Shown here: positions 26,938-35,645 of the stretch, piece by piece
Numbering within the stretch: the stretch's first letter is position 1
How the letters are laid out: each line of letters begins with the position of its first letter
From: a virus
Lineage: Duplodnaviria > Caudoviricetes
Strand: one strand, 5' to 3'
IMG/VR virus record: IMGVR_UViG_3300017910_000157
Span: 1 to 54,747 of that record
Length of the DNA stretch: 54,747 nt
Notes under the pieces: model-generated
What the model was told of the DNA's origin: nothing
Database searches by the model: none
Seen by the model: only the letters and a program-made list of their open reading frames with translations
Program-made: the position numbers and the translations under genes

Positions 26938-28757
26938 GTTTTGTTACATTAGACTTTGAGACCTATTACGACAGACAATACACGTTAAAAAAGCTCACGA
27001 CAGAAGAGTATGTGCGTGATAATCGTTTTGAAGTAATAGGTCTTGCTATAAAAATTGACGACAGTCCGACCATGTGGGTAGAGGGTGCTGGTGACGTTGA
27101 AGGTTTTCTATCAGAGGCAGACTTCTCTGAGAGTATTATACTTTGTCACAACACGATGTTTGATGGCGCAATACTTAATTGGCACTACAATATTAAACCT
27201 ATGGCATGGTTCGACACGCTGTGTATGTCAAGGGCATTACATGGAACAGAGCAAAGCGTTGCGCTGAAGAACGTGGCTGCGCGGTACGGCGTTGGTGTAA
27301 AAGGTGATGAAGTACAGAACACTATGGGTAAACACCTAGATGACTTCACCAGAGAGGAGTTAGATAGGTTTGCAGAATATGCGATCAATGATGTTGATCT
27401 GACCTACGAGATATTCAGACACATGCAGCCTACGTTCCCGCAGCAGGAACTAGAGTTAATTGATCTCACATTACGCATGTTTATAGAACCTATGTTACGT
27501 CTAGATCTCGCGGGTTTACAAGAACACTTGTCAGAAACACGTATGCGTAAATTAAATTTACTGAAGACAGCTAACGTATCGCGCGAAGAGTTGATGTCCA
27601 ATCCGAAGTTCGCGGTGCTACTTGAAAGTTTTGGGGTAAAACCCCCTACAAAGATCAGCGCACGAACAGGTAAAGAAACTTTTGCTTTTGCCAAATCAGA
27701 TGAAAAGTTCAAAGCGTTACTCAACCATGAAGACGATAGGGTGCAAGCGTTAGTAACTGCAAGGTTGGGTACTAAAAGTACCTTAGAGGAAACTCGTACA
27801 GAGAGATTTATAGGGATCGGTCAACGTGGCACGCTTCCCGTACCAGTTCGCTACTATGCTGCTCACACAGGACGGTGGGGTGGGGATGATAAAATCAACC
27901 TGCAAAACCTGCCAAGTCGAGGTCCAAACGGTAAAAGACTAAAGAGTAGTATTATCGCACCCGAAGGGTACAGTCTTATAGATGCCGACAGTTCGCAAAT
28001 TGAAGCGCGTGTATTAGCGTGGTTGTCAGAGCAGGACGATCTCGTCCATCAGTTTGCTAACGGTGAAGACGTCTACATAAAAATGGCGAGTTCTATCTAC
28101 GATGTTCCCGAAGATCAGGTTACGAAAGACCAGAGGTTTGTTGGTAAGACCACCATCCTCGGCGCGGGATATGGGATGGGGTATTTAAAGTTTGGGGCGC
28201 AACTTAAAACATTTGGTTATGAAGTATCCAAAGCAGAAGCAAAACGTATTATTAATGTTTACAGAGAGACGTATCCAGACATACAGGATCTTTGGCAGGC
28301 CGCAGGCCAGTGTGTAAAAGATATGTACAACAACAAAGTATTTAGGTTCGGTCGTAAGGGGGTAATTGAATTAGACGTGGATCAGAATGCCATTGTCTTA
28401 CCCTCTGGTCTAAAGATGTTTTATACTGACTTAGCCACCACAACAGAGGAGGACCGAACCGAGTATCACTACAAAACCAGAGAGGGGCGCACTCGAATAT
28501 ACGGTGGGAAGGTGGTAGAGAATGTCTGCCAAGCTATCGCTCGTTGTATAATTGGTGAACAAATGTTAAATATTTCCAAGAAATACCGCGTAGTTTTGAC
28601 AGTGCATGATAGTATTGTTTGTTGCGTAAAGAATGCAGAGTTAACTGACGCACAGGTATACGTGGAGAGTTGTATGCGTGAGACACCAGAGTGGGCTTTA
28701 GGACTGCCTGTTGACTGTGAAAGCGGTGTTGGTAGGTCATATGGAGAGTGCGAATAG
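26934..28757 (+). CDS. polA: DNA polymerase family A with 3'-5' exonuclease
   Basis: Exo DFE, HN..FD, Y...D; TGR; motif A DSSQIEAR; motif B K.TILG.GYG; motif C VHD. Confidence 0.95.
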   Translation: MSFVTLDFETYYDRQYTLKKLTTEEYVRDNRFEVIGLAIKIDDSPTMWVEGAGDVEGFLSEADFSESIILCHNTMFDGAILNWHYNIKPMAWFDTLCMSRALHGTEQSVALKNVAARYGVGVKGDEVQNTMGKHLDDFTREELDRFAEYAINDVDLTYEIFRHMQPTFPQQELELIDLTLRMFIEPMLRLDLAGLQEHLSETRMRKLNLLKTANVSREELMSNPKFAVLLESFGVKPPTKISARTGKETFAFAKSDEKFKALLNHEDDRVQALVTARLGTKSTLEETRTERFIGIGQRGTLPVPVRYYAAHTGRWGGDDKINLQNLPSRGPNGKRLKSSIIAPEGYSLIDADSSQIEARVLAWLSEQDDLVHQFANGEDVYIKMASSIYDVPEDQVTKDQRFVGKTTILGAGYGMGYLKFGAQLKTFGYEVSKAEAKRIINVYRETYPDIQDLWQAAGQCVKDMYNNKVFRFGRKGVIELDVDQNAIVLPSGLKMFYTDLATTTEEDRTEYHYKTREGRTRIYGGKVVENVCQAIARCIIGEQMLNISKKYRVVLTVHDSIVCCVKNAELTDAQVYVESCMRETPEWALGLPVDCESGVGRSYGECE

Positions 28758-29422
28758 TGTCAGCTTGGTCCTTCAGTAAGTTAAAAAGTTTTGAGACGTG
28801 TCCAAAACAGTTTTATCATTTGACTGTATTAAAAGAGTATCCGCAGGAAGAAACCGAAGCGATGCTCTACGGTACAGCTATGCACAAAGCAGCGGAAGAT
28901 TACATAAAATCGGATACACCACTTGATCCGAGGTTTGATTACGTGAAGGACGCTTTGGATGAACTTAAAGAAATACGAGGTGTTAAACTTTGTGAAAAGA
29001 AAATGGGTCTTACAAAAGAATTAAAACCATGCGGCTTTTACGATAAAAAAGCATGGTTTCGTGGTATTGTAGATTTAGCAATCATCGACACTTTGGCGGA
29101 GCGAGCGTGGGTTGTGGACTATAAGACAGGCAAGTCTACACGATATGCAGATAAAGGTCAGTTAGAGCTGATGGCTTTGAGTATCTTCAAAGAATACCCT
29201 GAGATCAAGTATGTGAATGCTGCACTTCTTTTTGTTGTTGCCGGGGAGCTGATAGATGACGCCTATCATGTAGACAACTCTGTGGCTATGTGGGGGAAAT
29301 GGATTACGAAACATGATAAAATGCAAAAAGCATTTGATACGGATGTCTGGAACCCACGTCCATCAGGGCTATGCAGGCACCACTGTCCTGTTGTAGAATG
29401 CGCTCACAACGGAAGGAATTAG
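28748..29422 (+). CDS. Cas4/RecB-like PD-(D/E)xK exonuclease
   Basis: WSFS..., CP, G...H, E, G.VD, DYKTG, QL; C-terminal Cys cluster. Confidence 0.8.
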   Translation: MRIVSAWSFSKLKSFETCPKQFYHLTVLKEYPQEETEAMLYGTAMHKAAEDYIKSDTPLDPRFDYVKDALDELKEIRGVKLCEKKMGLTKELKPCGFYDKKAWFRGIVDLAIIDTLAERAWVVDYKTGKSTRYADKGQLELMALSIFKEYPEIKYVNAALLFVVAGELIDDAYHVDNSVAMWGKWITKHDKMQKAFDTDVWNPRPSGLCRHHCPVVECAHNGRN

Positions 29423-29424
29423 CC

Positions 29425-29721
29425 ATGCCCTATGTAAACAAGCCGCGCCCCTACAAAAAAGAATACAAACAACAAAAAGCCAGAGGCGAACACTCTGACC
29501 GCATGGAGCGCCAACGTGCGCGTCGAGCGATGGACAAGACAGGTAAAGACGCCAACAAAAATGGCAAAGCTGACAAGCGCGAGGGTAAAGATATTGCCCA
29601 TAAAAAACCATTGAGTAAGGGCGGTAAAAATAAAGATGGGTACAAAATTCAAAGCCGTAAGAAGAATAGAGCGGCAGGTGGTGCTTTAAGCAAAGGCCCG
29701 AAAAAATATAAAAAACGTTAG
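29425..29721 (+). CDS. Basic HNH-like protein
   Basis: GGAAGGA RBS; R.YKKEY, GKDIAHKKPLSKGG.N...S...NR. Confidence 0.6.
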   Translation: MPYVNKPRPYKKEYKQQKARGEHSDRMERQRARRAMDKTGKDANKNGKADKREGKDIAHKKPLSKGGKNKDGYKIQSRKKNRAAGGALSKGPKKYKKR

Positions 29722-29746
29722 TAGATTACTAACAAAGGGGAACATA

Positions 29747-31150
29747 ATGAATATCATGCGTGATAAACCAGTTACTGCAATAGAAAAACACTATAAATGG
29801 TCGGGGCAGTACAAACCTTTTGACCATCAAAAGAAAACAGCGGCATTTCTTACCTCTTATCCAAAAGCGTTTTGTTTTAACGAACAAGGCACTGGCAAGA
29901 CCGCTAGTGCAATTTGGGCGTCAGACTTTTTAATAGAGAAAAGTTTAGTAAAACGTGTGTTAATTGTATGTCCACTATCTATTATGGATAGCGCATGGCG
30001 GCAAGATTTAGAAACTTTTGCCCCGCATCTATCGGTGGACATAGCGCATGGAGCGAAAGAAAAACGTGAAAAAACACTGCTGGGGAGTTCGCGTTTCGTA
30101 ATAATTAATTACGATGGAGTTAAAATTGTAAAAGACGCTATAGTTAAAGCAGGGTTTGATTTGATTATTGTAGATGAAGCCACACACTACAAAAATCCAC
30201 AGTCGCAACGATGGAAAGTCCTTAACAAAATTGCAGAGGAAACGGGATGTGGTTTATGGATGATGACCGGAACACCTGCTGCACAGTCTCCTGTAGATGC
30301 GTATGGGTTAGCGAAACTAATAAACCCTAACGGGGTGCCACGTTTCTTTAGTGGCTTTAGAGATCAAGTAATGCAGCAAATATCTCGCTTTACATGGGTG
30401 CCAAAACCTAGCGCCGTGCATACGGTGTATGCCGCACTTCAACCTGCAATACGGTTTACAAAAGAACAATGTCTCGACTTGCCCGACATGCTCTATACTA
30501 AACGGCGCGTTGCACTTACTCGACAACAAAAAACATACTATGAAAAGCTTAGAAAAGAGATGATTGTTGAACTGTCAGACGATAGCGTTACAGCAGTCAA
30601 TGCTGCAGTAGCGCTCAATAAACTCCTGCAAATAAGTTCTGGTGCAGCCTATACGGATGACGGGGGTGTAATCGCGTTTGACATAGACAACCGATACAAG
30701 GTTTTGAAAGAAGCGATAGACGAGACGGATCATAAAGTTTTAGTTTTTGTGCCGTTCAAACATACAATACAGTTGCTTGCAGATAAGCTGAACGCAGATG
30801 GGATAGATACTGAAGTGATCCAAGGATCAGTCAGTGCATCACGGAGAGCGCAGACGTTTAAAGATTTTCAAGAGAAGAAGTCTCCACGAGTGTTGGTCAT
30901 ACAACCACAAAGCGCCGCACATGGAGTTACCCTGACCGCTGCCAATACTGTTGTGTGGTGGTCACCCACTCCTTCCCTAGAGACGTATGCACAAGCTAAC
31001 GCACGGGTCCATCGAGCTGGGCAAACAAATAAATGTATTGTCATACAGTTGGAAGGCTCAACCGCAGAACGCAGAATGTATAAATTGTTAGATAAGAAAA
31101 TAGATATACATTCACAAATTATAGGATTATATAAAGAAATACTTGACTAG
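29747..31150 (+). CDS. SNF2-family (SF2) helicase
   Basis: GTGKT, DEAT, TGTP and QANARVHRAGQ motifs. Confidence 0.9.
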   Translation: MNIMRDKPVTAIEKHYKWSGQYKPFDHQKKTAAFLTSYPKAFCFNEQGTGKTASAIWASDFLIEKSLVKRVLIVCPLSIMDSAWRQDLETFAPHLSVDIAHGAKEKREKTLLGSSRFVIINYDGVKIVKDAIVKAGFDLIIVDEATHYKNPQSQRWKVLNKIAEETGCGLWMMTGTPAAQSPVDAYGLAKLINPNGVPRFFSGFRDQVMQQISRFTWVPKPSAVHTVYAALQPAIRFTKEQCLDLPDMLYTKRRVALTRQQKTYYEKLRKEMIVELSDDSVTAVNAAVALNKLLQISSGAAYTDDGGVIAFDIDNRYKVLKEAIDETDHKVLVFVPFKHTIQLLADKLNADGIDTEVIQGSVSASRRAQTFKDFQEKKSPRVLVIQPQSAAHGVTLTAANTVVWWSPTPSLETYAQANARVHRAGQTNKCIVIQLEGSTAERRMYKLLDKKIDIHSQIIGLYKEILD

Positions 31151-31171
31151 GCAATTCTTTATACCTATATA
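31143..31171 (+). promoter_or_regulatory. Possible internal sigma70 promoter
   Basis: TTGACT-17 bp-TATATA in an AT-rich gap. Confidence 0.45.
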
Positions 31172-31198
31172 GGTCATATAATAATAAATTGGAGAACA

Positions 31199-31597
31199 AT
31201 GGTGTCTATATCTATAGAAGACCTTACTCGCACATACTTAAACCTGCGAACCGAGCGTTCTATTTTGTCTAAAGAATATAAAGACAAAGACGCAGAGCTA
31301 ATAGAAGCGCAGGAAAAAGTAAAAGCTGCTTTGTTGCAGCATTGCGATGAACAAGGTCTTGAGAGCGTCAAGACTTCTGAGGGGTTGGTGTACAAAACTA
31401 CAACAGAAAAATATTGGACCTACGATTGGGAACGTATGCATGAGTTCATACTAGAACATCGTGTGCCAGAGTTGTTAGACAGACGCATCAATCAAAAACA
31501 TCTGAGGGAGTTTTTAGAGGACAACCCCGAACTACTACCAAAGGGGTTGAACAAAACTGTAGACGTATCTGTAACTGTGAGGAAACCCACACGATGA
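31199..31597 (+). CDS. Conserved replication-module protein
   Basis: GGAG RBS; coiled coil plus SVKT..G, DW and LL..RI motifs. Confidence 0.65.
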   Translation: MVSISIEDLTRTYLNLRTERSILSKEYKDKDAELIEAQEKVKAALLQHCDEQGLESVKTSEGLVYKTTTEKYWTYDWERMHEFILEHRVPELLDRRINQKHLREFLEDNPELLPKGLNKTVDVSVTVRKPTR

Positions 31598-31827
31598 AAA
31601 TGTCATTTCAAACACCCACTCCCCACAAAAAATATGTTGAGACTGCCACGCTTGCAGAGTATTTTGATGTCTCAATACAAACAATAAATAACTGGAGAAA
31701 ACGTGGGGATATACCACGCTCTTCATTCATACAAGCGGGAGACGTGTACCGCTATAACATAGCGCTCATAGAAGCGCACCTAACTTCAGAAGGAGAACCT
31801 GATGGCGAAGAAACAATATCTGATTAA
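31594..31827 (+). CDS. Winged-HTH (MerR/Xis-like) DNA-binding protein
   Basis: LAEYFDVS.QTI.NW...G.IP....G..YRY. Confidence 0.75.
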   Translation: MKMSFQTPTPHKKYVETATLAEYFDVSIQTINNWRKRGDIPRSSFIQAGDVYRYNIALIEAHLTSEGEPDGEETISD

Positions 31828-32518
31828 AAATGTTGAGGTTAAATACCCAAGGCTAAATCAACCCTATCATTGGGATTCAAAGATAGGAAAAACAGTGCCG
31901 TGCGGTGCATTGGATGATAACGCTGCTTACACATCTAACTTTGTTATGGATGAAAGTGTCGCTGAACCTTTATATCAAGAGATGGATGAGACGTACACGC
32001 AGCAACGTAAGTCGAACTGGCCCAAGGAACTTGGTGATCCTACAGAGGTGTTTACGGAAACTGATGACGGTAGGTATGAGTACAAAGTAAAATTCCCTGC
32101 GGCGTATAATGGACAGGCTACGAGAAAGCCTATTCACTTTGATGCTAAAATGGATGTGCTACCAGACGACTTTGAGTTGACAATGGGTAGTATAGTAAAT
32201 TTTGTAGTGGAACTTATACCTTACAAACTGAATAGTCACGGCGTGTCACTACGGTTACGTCAGGTGCAAGTGTTGCAGCTTGCAGAACAAATGCAAAGGG
32301 CTTCGGATCTTCTTCAAGCTGAAGACGGATACACGTTTGATAAACCTAAGTTTGGGGTCAAAACTGATGTAGCTGATCAATTGCCAGACATTGAAGAAGA
32401 AGTAGAAGAACCCAAAAAAGTTGTGTCGATGAAGAAGGAGAAGGCTGCTGCTCCTATATCTGAAAGCGACATGAAAGGTTTAGTCAATAAGTGGGGGCAA
32501 AAGAAAAAAGTTGATTAA
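31802..32518 (+). CDS. Single-stranded DNA-binding protein (T7 gp2.5-like)
   Basis: YP.L..P, GS.V, GVSLRL..VQV motifs; acidic C-terminal region. Confidence 0.7.
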   Translation: MAKKQYLIKNVEVKYPRLNQPYHWDSKIGKTVPCGALDDNAAYTSNFVMDESVAEPLYQEMDETYTQQRKSNWPKELGDPTEVFTETDDGRYEYKVKFPAAYNGQATRKPIHFDAKMDVLPDDFELTMGSIVNFVVELIPYKLNSHGVSLRLRQVQVLQLAEQMQRASDLLQAEDGYTFDKPKFGVKTDVADQLPDIEEEVEEPKKVVSMKKEKAAAPISESDMKGLVNKWGQKKKVD

Positions 32519-32526
32519 ACCACAAC

Positions 32527-32559
32527 AACGGTGGGCATGTGGGGTGTCCACCGTTTTTT
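32527..32559 (+). terminator. Probable terminator/attenuator hairpin
   Basis: AACGGTGGGCA-loop-TGTCCACCGTT ending in a T run. Confidence 0.6.
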
Positions 32560-32574
32560 ATTGAAAGCAGCAAA

Positions 32575-35364
32575 ATGGAAACGATAGACTTTTTAAAGTC
32601 AGTTTTGGGGAACGATGGACTATACTGTGCTTGGGGTAAGAACAAACAAAACACCAAGATACAAAAGTTTTACGAAACTGTAGAAGAATTAGAGGCCGCA
32701 GCTTACGAATACGATAAGAACGGTTATGATATATATTTTGCACTTGGCACCTATAAAAAAGAAGGTGTTAGGAAAGTAAGCAAGAATATATACGAGGGAC
32801 GTGATGCATCTAACATAAAGCAAATGCGATCTATGTTTATCGACATAGATGTTGATGATAAAAAAGGATATCCCTCTCAACTGGACGCGGCAATTGCGTT
32901 AAAAGAGTTTGTAAATAAAACTGGGTTACAAGAACCCATGACGGTAAACTCAGGTAATGGTATACATGTATATTGGAACTTAACTGAACCTGTCACCAAA
33001 GATGAATGGCTTCCAATCGCACAAAGATTAAAATCTGCGTGTAGAAATCTGGGGCTACGCATTGATACAACACGTACAGCAGACGCATCTAGTATTTTGC
33101 GGATACCGCAAACACGTAACCACAAAGGTGATACGCCTTTGCCAGTCGAATGCATGGAAAGTGTTATTCCTACACCAGTGCTACTTAGTGACTTCGGTGA
33201 TATATTTACTCCAGACGAGTACGCAGAAATAGAAGACACTTATACCTTTGGGTCAGCACAAGCGTTTGATGTCTATCGTGATAATAAACGATATGATTTT
33301 GATGCAATTATGCAGAAAACAATGGAAGGTGATGGTTGCGCTCAAATGGCGCATATATTTTTACGTCAGGCAGAAGTCAGTGAACCATTGTGGGTGTCAG
33401 CGCTTTCTATCGCAAAATTTTGTGATGACGGCGAAAACGTTGCAGTGCGAATATCGAATGAGCATCCTGAGTTTAACGAAGAAGTGATGCAGAAAAAACT
33501 AAACGGTATTAAGCATAGGCATACATGTATTACGTTTAACGACAGAAACTCTGATGTATGCGATAAATGTCCACATTGGGGTAACATAAGATCTCCGTTG
33601 GATCTCGGCACTTACGTTGTTGAAGCAGAACCAGAAAAAGATATACCTACATACCCCGCACCATATTTTAGGGGTAAAAATGGCGGTGTTTATCAGCGTG
33701 TGGAAAAAGATGGTGTACCAGAAGATTTGCCCATATACCACAATGATTTGTACGTTATGAAACGTTTGCACGATACCGAATTAGGTGAAGTTGCTGTGTT
33801 TCATTTGCGACTTCCAAAAGATGGGGTAAGAGAGTTTAGCATACCACTAGCCAGCATTACCTCAACTGATGAGTTTCGTAAAAACATGTCTACACAAGGG
33901 GTGACTGCTGTAGGCGCAAAACTTAAGCTAATAATGGATTATTCAATGCGATGGATTGACGAACTACAACAACAAGGGCCAGCCGATAAAGTACATAATC
34001 AATTTGGGTGGACAGATGATACCCTGACAGAGTTTGTATTAGGCGACAAACTAATAACGGAAGATGAACCAAAGTTTAGCCCACCCTCTGCAAAGACTGC
34101 GGGTCTTATAGAGGCGTTTGTACCTGCAGGTGCGAGAGATCGTCAGGCAGAGCTTTTTAATTTTTATAATAAAGAGGGGTTTGAACTACATCGCTTTATT
34201 ATAGGTATGGGTTTTGGCACGATACTCATGCCGTTCACAGGTTTAAATAGCATGTTGGTGCATCTTTATGGTGGCACAGGGGTAGGTAAAACTACGGCTC
34301 AGAATATGGCGTTGTCCGTGTGGGGTGACCCCGAACAACTGATGAACCAACGACACGATACATATAATTCTATTATGAACCGTGGTGAAACTCTCCACAA
34401 CATACTTCTCTGTCTCGACGAAATGACTAATGTCAGCGGTCTGGAGTTTTCTAAGTTTGTATATCAATTTTCTGGTGGGCGACAGAAAAACAGACTAGCC
34501 ATGAGTGGCAATCAAGAACGTCAGCGTGGCAGACCGTGGGAATTATTGGGAGTCACTTCTGCAAATGTCAGTGCGTGGGAGATGCTAACAAAAGAAAAGG
34601 CAGAACCAAAAGCAGAAATGCAGCGGTTATTAGAGATAGACGTGCCAAGTTTGATACAACCTGATCCAAAGCTGAAGTCTGTAACGGACGTGTTGTTTAA
34701 GGATATTAAGAAAAATTACGGTTGGTTTGCTGAAGAGTATATCCAGTGGGTGATAAACAACAAAGATCATGTTGCAGATTTGATAGAGGACGCACAGAAG
34801 AAAATAGATAAACATGCAGGTCTTAGTCAGGAAAACAGGTTCTGGAGTGCAGGGTGCGCTGCGGCACTTGTCGGTCTTCTAATCGCAGGTAAGTTGGGCA
34901 TAGTAAAATACCCTATGGAAAAACAATTCGATTGGGTGGTGAATATGCTTAAACGTCAGAAGTCGTCTGTGGATGAAATAGGTTCTTCTGTGACTGAAGT
35001 TATAAATGATTTTATAGCAGAAAACTGGAGCAATGTGTTACATATAAACAGCGATCAAGATCTTCGTGGAGATGTGGAGGATATAACTATACCAGAAAGC
35101 ACTCCTAGAGGGGGGCTAGTAGCGCGGTACGAGATAGACAAACAAAACTTGTACATAAAACCTGCCCCTTTAAAAGTTTGGTGTGCTGACAGGCAGATTA
35201 ACTATCAGCAACTTGTGAAAGACATGGTGAAAGATATGGGCGCTAAGACAAACAGACCTGTGCGATTTGGTAAAGGCACTAGGTTTAATTTACCACCTGC
35301 AAAAGCAATACAGTTAAACTTCCGTATGTCAGATAAAAATGAATCAAAAAGTATTAAAAATTGA
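32575..35364 (+). CDS. AEP primase - DUF927 helicase fusion
   Basis: DID, SGNG.H.YW, RIP.T.N; Cys cluster; Walker A GGTGVGKT; Walker B LCLDE. Confidence 0.85.
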   Translation: METIDFLKSVLGNDGLYCAWGKNKQNTKIQKFYETVEELEAAAYEYDKNGYDIYFALGTYKKEGVRKVSKNIYEGRDASNIKQMRSMFIDIDVDDKKGYPSQLDAAIALKEFVNKTGLQEPMTVNSGNGIHVYWNLTEPVTKDEWLPIAQRLKSACRNLGLRIDTTRTADASSILRIPQTRNHKGDTPLPVECMESVIPTPVLLSDFGDIFTPDEYAEIEDTYTFGSAQAFDVYRDNKRYDFDAIMQKTMEGDGCAQMAHIFLRQAEVSEPLWVSALSIAKFCDDGENVAVRISNEHPEFNEEVMQKKLNGIKHRHTCITFNDRNSDVCDKCPHWGNIRSPLDLGTYVVEAEPEKDIPTYPAPYFRGKNGGVYQRVEKDGVPEDLPIYHNDLYVMKRLHDTELGEVAVFHLRLPKDGVREFSIPLASITSTDEFRKNMSTQGVTAVGAKLKLIMDYSMRWIDELQQQGPADKVHNQFGWTDDTLTEFVLGDKLITEDEPKFSPPSAKTAGLIEAFVPAGARDRQAELFNFYNKEGFELHRFIIGMGFGTILMPFTGLNSMLVHLYGGTGVGKTTAQNMALSVWGDPEQLMNQRHDTYNSIMNRGETLHNILLCLDEMTNVSGLEFSKFVYQFSGGRQKNRLAMSGNQERQRGRPWELLGVTSANVSAWEMLTKEKAEPKAEMQRLLEIDVPSLIQPDPKLKSVTDVLFKDIKKNYGWFAEEYIQWVINNKDHVADLIEDAQKKIDKHAGLSQENRFWSAGCAAALVGLLIAGKLGIVKYPMEKQFDWVVNMLKRQKSSVDEIGSSVTEVINDFIAENWSNVLHINSDQDLRGDVEDITIPESTPRGGLVARYEIDKQNLYIKPAPLKVWCADRQINYQQLVKDMVKDMGAKTNRPVRFGKGTRFNLPPAKAIQLNFRMSDKNESKSIKN

Positions 35365-35566
35365 TGACTTAAACCCTGACGGGTTACGTATTACAGTGAA
35401 TTGGGAAAGTATGGATATAGGTCATTCTGTATTTATACCTTGCATAAATACGGAAAAAGCTAAAGAACAAGTTAAAAATGTTGCTAAAATGAAATACTGG
35501 ACAGTAGAAACCCGTGTTTTAACAGAAGATGAAAAACTAGGCTTGCGTGTTTGGAGAACGGTGTGA
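35339..35566 (+). CDS. Hypothetical protein
   Basis: G.S.FIP...GLRVWR motif; last gene of the plus arm. Confidence 0.65.
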   Translation: MNQKVLKIDDLNPDGLRITVNWESMDIGHSVFIPCINTEKAKEQVKNVAKMKYWTVETRVLTEDEKLGLRVWRTV

Positions 35567-35614
35567 TACATCTGCCTCGACAACCTCACACCATGAAGTT
35601 GTTCTCCATGAACT

Positions 35615-35645
35615 GACCCCTACATTTTGTGGGGGTCTTTTTTTA
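35615..35645 (+). terminator. Terminator at the convergence of the two arms
   Basis: GACCCC...GGGGTC hairpin followed by a T7 run. Confidence 0.75.

Larger units (their letters stand above)
17400..29733. repeat. Dispersed palindrome GTTAGT-N5/6-ACTAAC, ~10 copies
   Basis: Exact copies start at 17400, 18586, 18744, 18998, 19276, 20169, 22289, 23465 and 29717; a one-mismatch copy starts at 21028. Confidence 0.9.

Noticed and set aside
28748-29422. CRISPR-associated cas4
   Set aside because: Solo Cas4-like nuclease in a standard phage replication module, with no cas1/cas2
29425-29721. Intron or mobile homing endonuclease
   Set aside because: Short free-standing HNH-like ORF; flanking genes are intact; no intron or intein seen in polA, terL or the helicases
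31594-31827. Excisionase indicating a prophage
   Set aside because: No integrase, att site or host genes in the window; such HTH genes are common in lytic replication modules
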